NCBI RefSeq assembly: GCF_044324875.1
Contig: NZ_CP172185.1
Strand: one strand, 5' to 3'
DNA: 64,000 nt
Origin: Escherichia coli
GTDB lineage: Bacteria; Pseudomonadota; Gammaproteobacteria; Enterobacterales; Enterobacteriaceae
Part shown: positions 31,364-44,354 of the stretch, one piece after another
Numbering within the stretch: the first letter of the stretch is position 1
Layout: the number at the start of each line of letters is the position of its first letter
Position numbers and translations under genes: made by a program
The notes under the pieces: generated by a model
The model's database searches: none
The model's input: the letters and a program-made list of their open reading frames with translations, nothing else
What the model was told of the DNA's origin: nothing

Positions 31364-32392
31364 ATGGCGCATATTGTAACCCTAAATACCCCATCCAGAG
31401 AAGATTGGTTAACGCAACTTGCCGATGTTGTGACCGATCCTGATGAACTTCTGCGTCTTTTGAATATAGACGCGGACGAAAAACTGTTGGCCGGACGCAG
31501 CGCCAAAAAGCTTTTTGCCCTGCGTGTGCCCCGCTCATTTATCGATCGCATGGAGAAAGGCAATCCGGACGATCCTCTTTTGCGTCAGGTACTTACCTCG
31601 CAAGATGAGTTTGTCGTCGCGCCCGGATTCTCCACCGACCCACTGGAAGAACAGCACAGCGTAGTGCCTGGTTTGTTGCATAAATACCACAACCGGGCGC
31701 TTTTGCTGGTCAAAGGCGGCTGCGCGGTAAATTGCCGCTATTGCTTCCGTCGTCACTTCCCCTATGCCGAAAATCAGGGCAACAAGCGTAACTGGCAGAC
31801 TGCACTTGAGTATGTTGCTGCGCATCCGGAACTGGACGAGATGATTTTCTCCGGCGGCGATCCGCTGATGGCGAAAGATCACGAGCTGGACTGGTTGCTC
31901 ACACAACTGGAAGCCATCCCGCATATCAAACGTCTGCGGATTCACAGCCGTCTGCCGATTGTGATCCCGGCACGCATCACAGATGCGCTGGTTGAACGCT
32001 TTTCACATTCTACGCTGCAAATCTTGCTGGTGAATCACATCAACCATGCCAATGAGGTAGATGAAACATTCCGTCAGGCGATGGCTAAGTTGCGCCGGGT
32101 AGGCGTTACTTTGCTCAACCAGAGCGTTCTGTTACGTGGCGTGAACGATAGCGCACAAACGCTGGCAAACCTGAGTAATGCGTTGTTCGATGCCGGCGTG
32201 ATGCCGTATTACCTGCATGTGCTCGATAAGGTACAGGGCGCGGCGCATTTTATGGTGAGTGATGACGAAGCACGGCAGATTATGCGTGAGTTGCTGACAC
32301 TGGTGTCGGGATATCTGGTGCCTAAACTGGCGCGAGAAATTGGCGGCGAACCCAGCAAAACGCCGCTGGATCTCCAGCTACGCCAGCAGTAA
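31364..32392 (+). CDS. epmB: EF-P beta-lysylation enzyme EpmB (lysine 2,3-aminomutase-like radical SAM)
   Basis: 342-aa ORF with radical-SAM motif CAVNCRYCFRR. Confidence 0.95.
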   Translation: MAHIVTLNTPSREDWLTQLADVVTDPDELLRLLNIDADEKLLAGRSAKKLFALRVPRSFIDRMEKGNPDDPLLRQVLTSQDEFVVAPGFSTDPLEEQHSVVPGLLHKYHNRALLLVKGGCAVNCRYCFRRHFPYAENQGNKRNWQTALEYVAAHPELDEMIFSGGDPLMAKDHELDWLLTQLEAIPHIKRLRIHSRLPIVIPARITDALVERFSHSTLQILLVNHINHANEVDETFRQAMAKLRRVGVTLLNQSVLLRGVNDSAQTLANLSNALFDAGVMPYYLHVLDKVQGAAHFMVSDDEARQIMRELLTLVSGYLVPKLAREIGGEPSKTPLDLQLRQQ

Positions 32393-32626
32393 CTGATTAA
32401 ACAGGGAAGTTTAATCTTTGCACGTTGCATAACCTTTAATTATTCATATACATTGCTGTTATTACTTTTTATATAACCAACACCAATAATTAACCTTTCT
32501 TTTCTGTTTATATAGAGTGAGCACGGCTATTTATGTTATTTTAACAACTATTACTACCAAGCCCATTTATCTGGCTTATAAATTAAAATTAATGATTTAA
32601 TTGAGAAATGGTTAGGGAGAACCTAC

Positions 32627-33496
32627 ATGGCCATAAGCATCAAGGGTGTTAATACCGGTGTTATTCGCAAGAGTAATAATTTCATTGCACTGGCGCTGAA
32701 AATTAAAGAGCCTCGCAATAAAGAATCGTTGTTCTTTCTGTCTGTCATGGAACTGCGCGACCTTCTGATTGCGCTGGAAAGCCGTCTGCATCAAAAGCAT
32801 AAACTGGATGCTGCTGCACGCCTTCAGTATGAGCAAGCTCGCGATAAAGTCATTAAGAAAATGGCAGAAAATATCCCAGAAATTCTGGTTGATGAGCTTA
32901 AAAATGCCGATATTAATCGTCGGGTTAACACGCTGGAACTTACCGATAATCAGGGTGAAAATCTTACCTTCGTATTAACGCTACATGACGGTAGCAAATG
33001 TGAGTTAGTCATCAATGAATTGCAGATTGAAATGCTGGCGCGAGCAATCATTCATGCAATTAATAATGCGGAAATGCGTGAACTGGCATTACGTATTACC
33101 TCACTGTTAGATTTCCTGCCGTTATACGACGTTGACTGCCAGGACAATGGCAATCTGGAATATGACACCTATTCCCAACCGGAATGGAAACATAACTTGT
33201 TCAACCATTATCTGGCGGTGCTTTACCGCTTTAAAGATGAAAGTGGCAAAGAACAATTTAGCGGCGCAGTGGTGAAAACGCGTGAAGCAACGCCGGGTAA
33301 AGAAGTGGAGGCGATCACCCGCCGAATGCTTGATTTCAGCCCCCGACTGAAAAAACTCGCGGGTGTGCCATGTCAGGTCTATGTTCGCACCGTAGCGGCA
33401 AATAACGCCCAACCGCTAACCCAGGATCAATGCTTACGCGCGCTGCATCACTTACGTGTTCAATCCACCAGCAAAACTGCACCACAGGCGAAATAA
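32627..33496 (+). CDS. yjeJ: Uncharacterised protein YjeJ
   Basis: 289-aa ORF in the conserved position between epmB and yjeI; preceded by a strongly A/T-rich region. Confidence 0.75.
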   Translation: MAISIKGVNTGVIRKSNNFIALALKIKEPRNKESLFFLSVMELRDLLIALESRLHQKHKLDAAARLQYEQARDKVIKKMAENIPEILVDELKNADINRRVNTLELTDNQGENLTFVLTLHDGSKCELVINELQIEMLARAIIHAINNAEMRELALRITSLLDFLPLYDVDCQDNGNLEYDTYSQPEWKHNLFNHYLAVLYRFKDESGKEQFSGAVVKTREATPGKEVEAITRRMLDFSPRLKKLAGVPCQVYVRTVAANNAQPLTQDQCLRALHHLRVQSTSKTAPQAK

Positions 33497-33545
33497 TCCC
33501 ATCTGTTTTACTACGAGGCTGGAAGTATCCAGCCTCTGGATCCCA

Positions 33546-33899
33546 TCAGTTCGGGCACTTATATACCTGGCCGATAATCTGGCTATCCGTCGGGACAAAA
33601 CTGGACAACATCCCCTGCGACGGGCTGCTGATGCCATAAATCACGTTACCGCCCATTGCAGCCGCCTGGTTGCGCAGATCGTTTGCTGCGCCGCGCATAG
33701 AACCGCCCTCTTCACCGTGTTGCCCGGAAAGCCAGTTGCTTTGCTTACCTGTCGCAGTACCAATCAGCTGGCACTCTGCGCCTGGCTGCTCGTCCACAAT
33801 GCGTACACTCTGACCGGCAGCACTCAATTCGTTGCTGGAGCTACAACCCGCCATCAGTAGCGCGGCACCGACAATCCCTGCTAAGTATTTTACGTGCAT
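33546..33899 (-). CDS. yjeI: Lipoprotein YjeI (DUF4156-like)
   Basis: 117-aa reading MHVKYLAGIVGAALLMAGCSS... (lipobox); start at ATG 33899. Confidence 0.8.
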   Translation of the reverse strand: MHVKYLAGIVGAALLMAGCSSSNELSAAGQSVRIVDEQPGAECQLIGTATGKQSNWLSGQHGEEGGSMRGAANDLRNQAAAMGGNVIYGISSPSQGMLSSFVPTDSQIIGQVYKCPN

Positions 33900-33974
33900 G
33901 TTATTCCCCATAATCAATGAGCTGGACGCCACTCGCGTCGTCCGTGTCTGAATCTTATACTAGAAAGATGACCA

Positions 33975-34012
33975 AAAGAAAAACCCCCAGACATTTCTGC
34001 CCGGGGGTTTGT
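33975..34012 (-). terminator. Putative groESL terminator hairpin
   Basis: Imperfect C5/G5 stem-loop flanked by T-runs on both strands, just downstream of the groL stop. Confidence 0.4.
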
Positions 34013-34036
34013 TTATTTCTGCGAGGTGCAGGGCAA

Positions 34037-35695
<1,659 letters not shown>

Positions 35696-35726
35696 TTAAA
35701 TTCGTATGTTCAGTGTCGTGCGCGGA

Positions 35727-36071
<345 letters not shown>

Positions 36072-36097
36072 TTACGTGGTTTCCCGGCTGGTGACCA

Positions 36098-36135
36098 GAG
36101 AAATGGGGATGAGGCTTCGCCCCTTCAAGGGGGAA
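36098..36135 (-). promoter_or_regulatory. Sigma32 heat-shock promoter of groESL
   Basis: Minus strand reads CCCCCTTGAA (-35, 36124-36129) and CCCCATTTC (-10, 36101-36108) with 15-nt spacing, matching the sigma32 consensus. Confidence 0.8.
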
Positions 36136-36295
36136 AAAGAAAAAAAATCCTGATCAGCACAAAATCGGGTGAAAACCCTGATTCACCTCACATTTCATCG
36201 CAATTTCTTCATCACCGGCATAAGCGAATCTGATTGTGCTACCATCGAAAATCTACGCAGTTGCCCATAATTTGGGCGCAATCGGACATCAACCC

Positions 36296-37552
36296 ATGAG
36301 TGGACTCAAACAAGAACTGGGGCTGGCACAGGGCATTGGCCTGCTATCGACGTCATTATTAGGCACCGGCGTGTTTGCCGTTCCTGCGTTAGCTGCACTG
36401 GTAGCAGGCAATAACAGCCTGTGGGCGTGGCCCGTTTTGATTATCTTAGTGTTCCCGATTGCGATTGTGTTTGCGATTCTGGGTCGCCACTATCCCAGCG
36501 CAGGCGGCGTCGCGCACTTCGTCGGTATGGCGTTTGGTTCGCGGCTTGAGCGAGTCACCGGCTGGCTGTTTTTATCAGTCATTCCCGTGGGTTTGCCTGC
36601 CGCACTACAAATTGCAGCCGGATTCGGCCAGGCAATGTTTGGCTGGCATAGCTGGCAACTGTTGTTGGCAGAACTCGGTACGCTGGCGCTGGTGTGGTAT
36701 ATCGGTACTCGCGGTGCTAGTTCCAGTGCTAATCTACAAACAGTTATTGCCGGACTTATCGTCGCGCTGATTGTCGCTATCTGGTGGGCGGGCGATATCA
36801 AACCTGCGAATATCCCCTTCCCTGCACCTGGTAATATCGAACTTACCGGGTTATTTGCTGCGTTATCAGTGATGTTCTGGTGCTTTGTCGGTCTGGAGGC
36901 ATTTGCCCATCTTGCCTCGGAATTTAAAAATCCAGAGCGTGATTTTCCTCGTGCTTTGATGATTGGTCTGCTGCTGGCAGGATTAGTCTACTGGGGCTGT
37001 ACGGTAGTCGTCTTACACTTCGACGCCTATGGTGAACAAATGGCGGCAGCAGCATCGCTTCCAAAAATTGTAGTGCAACTGTTCGGTGTAGGAGCGTTAT
37101 GGATTGCCTGCGTGATTGGCTATCTGGCCTGCTTTGCCAGTCTCAACATTTATATACAGAGCTTCGCCCGCCTGGTCTGGTCGCAGGCGCAACATAATCC
37201 TGACCACTACCTGGCACGCCTCTCTTCTCGTCATATCCCGAATAATGCCCTCAATGCGGTGCTCGGCTGCTGCGTGGTGAGCACGTTGGTGATTCATGCT
37301 TTAGGGATCAATCTGGACGCACTTATCATCTATGCCAATGGCATCTTTATTATGATTTATCTGTTATGCATGCTGGCAGGCTGTAAATTATTGCAAGGTC
37401 GTTATCGACTACTGGCGGTGGTTGGCGGGCTGTTATGCGTTCTGTTACTGGCAATGGTCGGCTGGAAAAGTCTCTATGCGCTGATCATGCTGGCGGGGTT
37501 ATGGCTGTTTCTGCCAAAACGAAAAACGCCGGAAAATGGCATAACCACATAA
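36296..37552 (+). CDS. yjeH: APC-family L-methionine/branched-chain amino acid exporter YjeH
   Basis: 418-aa polytopic membrane protein from MSGLKQELGLAQGIGLLSTSLLGTGVFAVPALAAL...; start at ATG 36296. Confidence 0.9.
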   Translation: MSGLKQELGLAQGIGLLSTSLLGTGVFAVPALAALVAGNNSLWAWPVLIILVFPIAIVFAILGRHYPSAGGVAHFVGMAFGSRLERVTGWLFLSVIPVGLPAALQIAAGFGQAMFGWHSWQLLLAELGTLALVWYIGTRGASSSANLQTVIAGLIVALIVAIWWAGDIKPANIPFPAPGNIELTGLFAALSVMFWCFVGLEAFAHLASEFKNPERDFPRALMIGLLLAGLVYWGCTVVVLHFDAYGEQMAAAASLPKIVVQLFGVGALWIACVIGYLACFASLNIYIQSFARLVWSQAQHNPDHYLARLSSRHIPNNALNAVLGCCVVSTLVIHALGINLDALIIYANGIFIMIYLLCMLAGCKLLQGRYRLLAVVGGLLCVLLLAMVGWKSLYALIMLAGLWLFLPKRKTPENGITT

Positions 37553-37567
37553 TCCGGCGTTTTGGCA

Positions 37568-38044
37568 TTAATCCTGGCGATCGTCTTTATGATCAAGGCG
37601 GTCGCGGTCATCATCCTTTCGCTGGTACTCACCATCAAAAGTATTACCGCCACCGGTCCCGGCGCTAAAACCGCCGCCTGGCATGCGAGAAAAGCGCAAA
37701 TGCGGCATCAACTTCACTGTCAGATGCTTTTGCACCGGCGGTAATAAAAGCAGAAGACCGAGGAAGTCGGTGAAAAAGCCCGGTAATAAAAGCAGCAAAC
37801 CGGCAATGATCAGCGAAACACTTTTAATCATCTCCGCCGCTGGGTTTTCACCTGCCGCCATTTTTTGCTGCATCAGCACGAAATTCTTAAAGCCCTGGTT
37901 GCGTACCAGTGACATACCGATAACTGACGTGAATATAACCAGCACGAGGGTCAGCAATACCCCCAATACATGGGCAACCTGAATAAAGATTGAAATCTCA
38001 ATATAGACATAAAGGAAAATGGCAATAAAAGGTAACCAGCGCAA
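37568..38044 (-). CDS. fxsA: Inner-membrane protein FxsA
   Basis: 158-aa ORF MRWLPFIAIFLYVYIEISIFIQVAHVLGVLLTLV... Confidence 0.9.
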   Translation of the reverse strand: MRWLPFIAIFLYVYIEISIFIQVAHVLGVLLTLVLVIFTSVIGMSLVRNQGFKNFVLMQQKMAAGENPAAEMIKSVSLIIAGLLLLLPGFFTDFLGLLLLLPPVQKHLTVKLMPHLRFSRMPGGGFSAGTGGGNTFDGEYQRKDDDRDRLDHKDDRQD

Positions 38045-38380
38045 AGGTTTCTCCTGTAATAGCAGCCGGTTAACCCCGGCTACCTGAATGGGTTGCGAAT
38101 CGCGTTCAGCTTATATTGTGGTCATTAGCAAAATTTCAAGATGTTTGCGCAACTATTTTTGGTAGTAATCCCAAAGCGGTGATCTATTTCACAAATTAAT
38201 AATTAAGGGGTAAAAACCGGCACTTAAAGTGATCCAGATTACGGTAGAAATCCTCAAGCAGCATATGATCTCGGGTATTCGGTCGATGCAGGGGATAATC
38301 GTCGGTCGAAAAACATTCGAAACCACATATATTCTGTGTGTTTAAAGCAAATCATTGGCAGCTTGAAAAAGAAGGTTCAC

Positions 38381-39817
38381 ATGTCAAACAACATTCGTAT
38401 CGAAGAAGATCTGTTGGGTACCAGGGAAGTTCCAGCTGATGCCTACTATGGTGTTCACACTCTGAGAGCGATTGAAAACTTCTATATCAGCAACAACAAA
38501 ATCAGTGATATTCCTGAATTTGTTCGCGGTATGGTAATGGTTAAAAAAGCCGCAGCTATGGCAAACAAAGAGCTGCAAACCATTCCTAAAAGTGTAGCGA
38601 ATGCCATCATTGCCGCATGTGATGAAGTCCTGAACAACGGAAAATGCATGGATCAGTTCCCGGTAGACGTCTACCAGGGCGGCGCAGGTACTTCCGTAAA
38701 CATGAACACCAACGAAGTGCTGGCCAATATCGGTCTGGAACTGATGGGTCACCAGAAAGGTGAATATCAGTACCTGAACCCGAACGACCATGTTAACAAA
38801 TGTCAGTCCACTAACGACGCCTACCCGACCGGTTTCCGTATCGCAGTTTACTCTTCCCTGATTAAGCTGGTAGATGCGATTAACCAACTGCGTGAAGGCT
38901 TTGAACGTAAAGCTGTCGAATTCCAGGACATCCTGAAAATGGGTCGTACCCAGCTGCAGGACGCAGTACCGATGACCCTCGGTCAGGAATTCCGCGCTTT
39001 CAGCATCCTGCTGAAAGAAGAAGTGAAAAACATCCAACGTACCGCTGAACTGCTGCTGGAAGTTAACCTTGGCGCAACAGCAATCGGTACTGGTCTGAAC
39101 ACGCCGAAAGAGTACTCTCCGCTGGCAGTGAAAAAACTGGCTGAAGTCACTGGCTTCCCATGCGTACCGGCTGAAGACCTGATCGAAGCGACCTCTGACT
39201 GCGGCGCTTATGTAATGGTTCACGGCGCGCTGAAACGCCTGGCTGTGAAGATGTCCAAAATCTGTAACGACCTGCGCTTGCTCTCTTCTGGCCCACGTGC
39301 CGGCCTGAACGAGATCAACCTGCCGGAACTGCAGGCGGGCTCTTCCATCATGCCAGCTAAAGTAAACCCGGTTGTTCCGGAAGTGGTTAACCAGGTATGC
39401 TTCAAAGTCATCGGTAACGACACCACTGTTACCATGGCAGCAGAAGCAGGTCAGCTGCAGTTGAACGTTATGGAGCCGGTCATTGGCCAGGCCATGTTTG
39501 AATCCGTTCACATTCTGACCAACGCTTGCTACAACCTGCTGGAAAAATGCATTAACGGCATCACTGCTAACAAAGAAGTGTGCGAAGGTTACGTTTACAA
39601 CTCTATCGGTATCGTTACTTACTTGAACCCGTTCATCGGTCACCACAACGGTGACATCGTGGGTAAAATCTGTGCCGAAACCGGTAAGAGTGTACGTGAA
39701 GTCGTTCTGGAACGCGGTCTGTTGACTGAAGCGGAACTTGACGATATTTTCTCCGTACAGAATCTGATGCACCCGGCTTACAAAGCAAAACGCTATACTG
39801 ATGAAAGCGAACAGTAA
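38381..39817 (+). CDS. aspA: Aspartate ammonia-lyase
   Basis: 478-aa reading [34 protein letters not shown]... with the fumarase/aspartase signature [12 protein letters not shown]. Confidence 0.97.
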
Positions 39818-39841
39818 TCGTACAGGGTAGTACAAATAGAG

Positions 39842-39869
39842 AAGGCACGTCAGATGACGTGCCTTTTTT
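39842..39869 (+). terminator. aspA intrinsic terminator
   Basis: AAGGCACGTC-AGAT-GACGTGCCTT perfect 10-bp stem followed by TTTTTC. Confidence 0.85.
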
Positions 39870-39934
39870 CTTGTGAGCAGTAACTTAAAAATAACAATCT
39901 AATATCAACTTGTTAAAAAACAAGGAAGGCTAAT

Positions 39935-41236
39935 ATGCTAGTTGTAGAACTCATCATAGTTTTGCTGGCGATCTTCTTGGGCGCCAGATTGGGGGGAATA
40001 GGTATTGGTTTTGCAGGCGGATTGGGGGTGCTGGTTCTTGCCGCTATTGGCGTTAAACCCGGTAACATCCCGTTCGATGTCATTTCCATTATCATGGCGG
40101 TTATCGCCGCTATTTCTGCCATGCAGGTTGCTGGCGGTCTGGACTATCTGGTTCATCAGACAGAAAAGCTGCTGCGCCGTAACCCGAAATACATCACGAT
40201 CCTCGCACCGATCGTGACCTATTTCCTGACAATCTTTGCTGGTACTGGCAACATCTCTCTGGCGACACTGCCAGTTATCGCTGAAGTTGCGAAGGAACAA
40301 GGCGTTAAACCTTGCCGTCCGCTGTCTACTGCAGTGGTATCCGCGCAGATTGCGATCACCGCATCGCCAATCTCAGCAGCAGTGGTTTACATGTCTTCCG
40401 TGATGGAAGGTCATGGCATCAGCTACCTCCATCTGCTCTCCGTGGTCATCCCGTCCACCCTGCTGGCGGTTCTGGTGATGTCCTTCCTGGTCACTATGCT
40501 GTTCAACTCCAAACTCTCTGACGATCCGATTTATCGCAAGCGTCTGGAAGAAGGCCTGGTTGAACTGCGCGGTGAAAAGCAGATTGAAATCAAATCCGGT
40601 GCAAAAACGTCCGTCTGGCTATTCCTGCTGGGCGTAGTTGGCGTGGTTATCTATGCAATCATCAACAGCCCAAGCATGGGTCTGGTTGAAAAACCGCTGA
40701 TGAACACCACCAACGCAATCCTGATCATCATGCTCAGCGTTGCAACTCTGACCACCGTTATCTGTAAAGTCGATACCGACAACATCCTCAACTCCAGCAC
40801 CTTCAAAGCAGGTATGAGCGCCTGTATTTGTATCCTGGGTGTTGCGTGGCTGGGCGATACTTTCGTTTCCAACAACATCGACTGGATCAAAGATACCGCT
40901 GGTGAAGTGATTCAGGGTCATCCGTGGCTGCTGGCCGTCATCTTCTTCTTTGCTTCTGCTCTGCTGTACTCTCAGGCTGCAACCGCAAAAGCACTGATGC
41001 CGATGGCTCTGGCACTGAACGTTTCTCCGCTGACCGCTGTTGCTTCTTTCGCTGCGGTGTCTGGTCTGTTCATTCTGCCGACCTACCCGACGCTGGTTGC
41101 TGCGGTACAGATGGATGACACGGGTACTACCCGTATCGGTAAATTCGTCTTCAACCATCCGTTCTTCATCCCGGGTACTCTGGGTGTTGCCCTGGCCGTT
41201 TGCTTCGGCTTCGTGCTGGGTAGCTTCATGCTGTAA
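39935..41236 (+). CDS. dcuA: Anaerobic C4-dicarboxylate transporter DcuA
   Basis: 433-aa polytopic membrane protein MLVVELIIVLLAIFLGARLGGIGIGFAGGLGVLVLA...; adjacent to aspA. Confidence 0.95.
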   Translation: MLVVELIIVLLAIFLGARLGGIGIGFAGGLGVLVLAAIGVKPGNIPFDVISIIMAVIAAISAMQVAGGLDYLVHQTEKLLRRNPKYITILAPIVTYFLTIFAGTGNISLATLPVIAEVAKEQGVKPCRPLSTAVVSAQIAITASPISAAVVYMSSVMEGHGISYLHLLSVVIPSTLLAVLVMSFLVTMLFNSKLSDDPIYRKRLEEGLVELRGEKQIEIKSGAKTSVWLFLLGVVGVVIYAIINSPSMGLVEKPLMNTTNAILIIMLSVATLTTVICKVDTDNILNSSTFKAGMSACICILGVAWLGDTFVSNNIDWIKDTAGEVIQGHPWLLAVIFFFASALLYSQAATAKALMPMALALNVSPLTAVASFAAVSGLFILPTYPTLVAAVQMDDTGTTRIGKFVFNHPFFIPGTLGVALAVCFGFVLGSFML

Positions 41237-41351
41237 TGACCAATCGCGGGGCGTTCACGCCCCGCTTTCTTTCCCGCCGACTAACATCCTTCCCCCGTCC
41301 GTTGTATAGTGACCTCTCTCTTGCGGTTCCATCTGTTCTTGCGAGGTGTTT

Positions 41352-41690
41352 ATGCTTGATGAAAAAAGTTCGAATACCGCGTCTGTCGTGGTGCTATGTA
41401 CGGCACCGGATGAAGCGACAGCCCAGGATTTAGCCGCCAAAGTGCTGGCGGAAAAACTGGCGGCCTGCGCGACCTTGATCCCCGGCGCTACCTCTCTCTA
41501 TTACTGGGAAGGTAAGCTGGAGCAAGAATACGAAGTGCAGATGATTTTAAAAACTACCGTATCTCTCCAGCAGGCACTGCTGGAATGCCTGAAGTCTCAT
41601 CATCCATATCAAACCCCGGAACTTCTGGTTTTACCTGTTACACACGGAGACACAGATTACCTCTCATGGCTCAACGCATCTTTACGCTGA
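41352..41690 (+). CDS. cutA: Divalent-cation tolerance protein CutA
   Basis: 112-aa reading [45 protein letters not shown]... Confidence 0.92.
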   Translation: MLDEKSSNTASVVVLCTAPDEATAQDLAAKVLAEKLAACATLIPGATSLYYWEGKLEQEYEVQMILKTTVSLQQALLECLKSHHPYQTPELLVLPVTHGDTDYLSWLNASLR

Positions 41691-43363
41691 TCCTGCTACT
41701 TTGCAGCACTTCCGTTTTTGCCGGATTATTCGACGCGCCGGGACGTTCACAATTTGTCCCCGCGGATCAAGCCTTTGCTTTTGATTTTCAGCAAAACCAA
41801 CATGACCTGAATCTGACCTGGCAGATCAAAGACGGTTACTACCTCTACCGTAAACAGATCCGCATTACGCCGGAACACGCGAAAATTGCCGACGTGCAGC
41901 TGCCGCAAGGCGTCTGGCATGAAGATGAGTTTTACGGCAAAAGCGAGATTTACCGCGATCGGCTGACGCTTCCCGTAGCCATCAACCAGGCGAGTGCGGG
42001 AGCGACGTTAACTGTCACCTACCAGGGCTGTGCTGATGCCGGTTTCTGTTATCCGCCAGAAACCAAAACCGTTCCGTTAAGCGAAGTGGTCGCCAACAAC
42101 GAAGCGTCACAGCCTGTGTCTGTTCCACAGCAAGAGCAGTCCACCGCGCAATTGCCCTTTTCCGCGCTCTGGGCGTTGTTGATCGGTATTGGTATCGCCT
42201 TTACGCCATGCGTGCTGCCAATGTACCCACTGATTTCTGGCATCGTGCTGGGTGGTAAACAGCGGCTCTCCACTGCCAGAGCATTGTTGCTGACCTTTAT
42301 TTATGTGCAGGGGATGGCGCTGACTTACACGGCACTGGGTCTGGTGGTTGCCGCCGCAGGGTTACAGTTCCAGGCGGCGCTACAGCACCCATACGTACTC
42401 ATTGGCCTCGCTATCGTCTTTACCTTGCTGGCGATGTCAATGTTTGGCTTGTTTACTCTGCAACTCCCCTCTTCGCTGCAAACACGTCTCACGCTGATGA
42501 GCAATCGCCAACAGGGCGGCTCACCTGGCGGTGTGTTTGTTATGGGGGCGATTGCCGGACTGATCTGTTCACCATGCACCACCGCACCGCTTAGCGCGAT
42601 TCTGCTGTATATCGCCCAAAGCGGGAACATGTTGCTGGGGGGCGGCACGCTTTATCTCTATGCGTTGGGCATGGGCCTGCCGCTGATGCTAATAACCGTC
42701 TTTGGTAACCGCCTGCTGCCGAAAAGCGGCCCGTGGATGGAACAAGTCAAAACCGCGTTTGGTTTTGTGATCCTCGCACTGCCGGTCTTCCTGCTGGAGC
42801 GAGTGATTGGTGATATATGGGGATTACGCTTGTGGTCGGCGCTTGGTGTCGCATTCTTTGGCTGGGCCTTTATCACCAGCCTACAGGCCAAACGCGGCTG
42901 GATGCGCGTGGTGCAAATAATCCTGCTGGCAGCAGCATTGGTTAGCGTGCGCCCACTTCAGGATTGGGCATTTGGTGCGACGCATACCGCGCAAACTCAG
43001 ACGCATCTCAACTTTACACAAATCAAAACGGTAGATGAGTTAAATCAGGCGCTCGTTGAAGCCAAAGGCAAACCGGTGATGTTAGATCTCTATGCCGACT
43101 GGTGCGTCGCCTGTAAAGAGTTTGAGAAATACACCTTCAGCGACCCGCAGGTGCAAAAAGCGTTAGCAGACACGGTATTACTTCAGGCCAACGTCACTGC
43201 CAACGACGCACAAGATGTGGCGCTGTTAAAGCATCTTAATGTCCTTGGCCTACCGACAATTCTCTTTTTTGACGGACAAGGCCAGGAGCATCCACAAGCA
43301 CGCGTCACGGGCTTTATGGATGCTGAAACCTTCAGCGCACATTTGCGCGATCGCCAACCGTGA
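41666..43363 (+). CDS. dsbD: Thiol:disulfide interchange protein DsbD
   Basis: 565-aa reading from [19 protein letters not shown] with periplasmic alpha-domain Cys pair, TM core and C-terminal thioredoxin CVAC motif; overlaps cutA end. Confidence 0.95.
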   Translation: MAQRIFTLILLLCSTSVFAGLFDAPGRSQFVPADQAFAFDFQQNQHDLNLTWQIKDGYYLYRKQIRITPEHAKIADVQLPQGVWHEDEFYGKSEIYRDRLTLPVAINQASAGATLTVTYQGCADAGFCYPPETKTVPLSEVVANNEASQPVSVPQQEQSTAQLPFSALWALLIGIGIAFTPCVLPMYPLISGIVLGGKQRLSTARALLLTFIYVQGMALTYTALGLVVAAAGLQFQAALQHPYVLIGLAIVFTLLAMSMFGLFTLQLPSSLQTRLTLMSNRQQGGSPGGVFVMGAIAGLICSPCTTAPLSAILLYIAQSGNMLLGGGTLYLYALGMGLPLMLITVFGNRLLPKSGPWMEQVKTAFGFVILALPVFLLERVIGDIWGLRLWSALGVAFFGWAFITSLQAKRGWMRVVQIILLAAALVSVRPLQDWAFGATHTAQTQTHLNFTQIKTVDELNQALVEAKGKPVMLDLYADWCVACKEFEKYTFSDPQVQKALADTVLLQANVTANDAQDVALLKHLNVLGLPTILFFDGQGQEHPQARVTGFMDAETFSAHLRDRQP

Positions 43364-43399
43364 ACGACACTTGCAGTGGGAAAGACGGAGGAAAATAGC

Positions 43400-43975
43400 G
43401 TGCAACGTGAAGATGTACTGGGAGAAGCCCTGAAATTATTAGAATTACAAGGGATTGCCAACACCACGCTGGAGATGGTTGCTGAACGTGTGGATTATCC
43501 ACTGGACGAGCTGCGCCGCTTCTGGCCAGACAAAGAGGCAATCCTCTACGATGCGCTGCGTTATCTTAGCCAACAGATAGATGTCTGGCGTCGTCAGCTG
43601 ATGCTGGACGAAACGCAAACCGCCGAACAAAAGCTGCTGGCACGTTATCAGGCGTTATCGGAGTGCGTTAAAAACAACCGCTATCCGGGCTGTCTGTTTA
43701 TCGCTGCCTGTACGTTTTATCCCGATCCTGGCCACCCTATTCATCAACTGGCCGATCAGCAAAAAAGCGCGGCCTACGATTTCACCCACGAACTGTTAAC
43801 CACGCTGGAAGTTGACGATCCGGCGATGGTAGCAAAGCAGATGGAACTGGTGCTGGAAGGCTGTTTAAGCCGAATGCTGGTGAATCGCAGCCAGGCGGAT
43901 GTCGACACCGCACATCGGCTGGCAGAAGATATCCTGCGCTTCGCTCGCTGCCGCCAGGGTGGCGCACTGACCTGA
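43400..43975 (+). CDS. yjdC: TetR-family transcriptional regulator YjdC
   Basis: About 191-aa ORF with N-terminal HTH; start placed at GTG 43400 (the ORF track's 43376 start is also possible). Confidence 0.8.
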
Positions 43976-44081
43976 CAGAAACACAGAAAAGAAGCGATTT
44001 GCCGCAATCTTAAGCAGTTGAATCGCTTTTACTGAAATTAGGTTGACGAGATGTGCAGATTACGGTTTAATGCGCCCCGTT

Positions 44082-44157
44082 GCCCGGATAGCTCAGTCGG
44101 TAGAGCAGGGGATTGAAAATCCCCGTGTCCTTGGTTCGATTCCGAGTCCGGGCACCA
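44082..44157 (+). tRNA. pheU: tRNA-Phe (GAA)
   Basis: Exact 76-nt GCCCGGATAGCTCAGTCGGTAGAGCAGGGGATTGAAAATCCCCGTGTCCTTGGTTCGATTCCGAGTCCGGGCACCA. Confidence 0.97.
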
Positions 44158-44167
44158 AATTCATATA

Positions 44168-44196
44168 AACGGACCTCCACGGAGGTCCGTTTTTCG
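44168..44196 (+). terminator. pheU terminator hairpin
   Basis: CGGACCTCC-AC-GGAGGTCCG inverted repeat followed by TTTTTCGTTT directly after the tRNA. Confidence 0.7.
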
Positions 44197-44354
44197 TTTC
44201 AGGACGCCACGATTTAAGCGTCCTGCCGCCAAATCAATTCTACCGAACTCAACCAGACTCCCCCCACATCAACCCCATTGTGTGGGTATAATTGCGGGTA
44301 TACCCCAGTTCGACAGAATTTGTACCCTCTTTAACGCATTCAGAAGGCTGAACT

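Noticed and set aside
38384-39835. 483-aa minus-strand ORF
   Set aside because: Antisense to aspA; no start context or recognisable domain.
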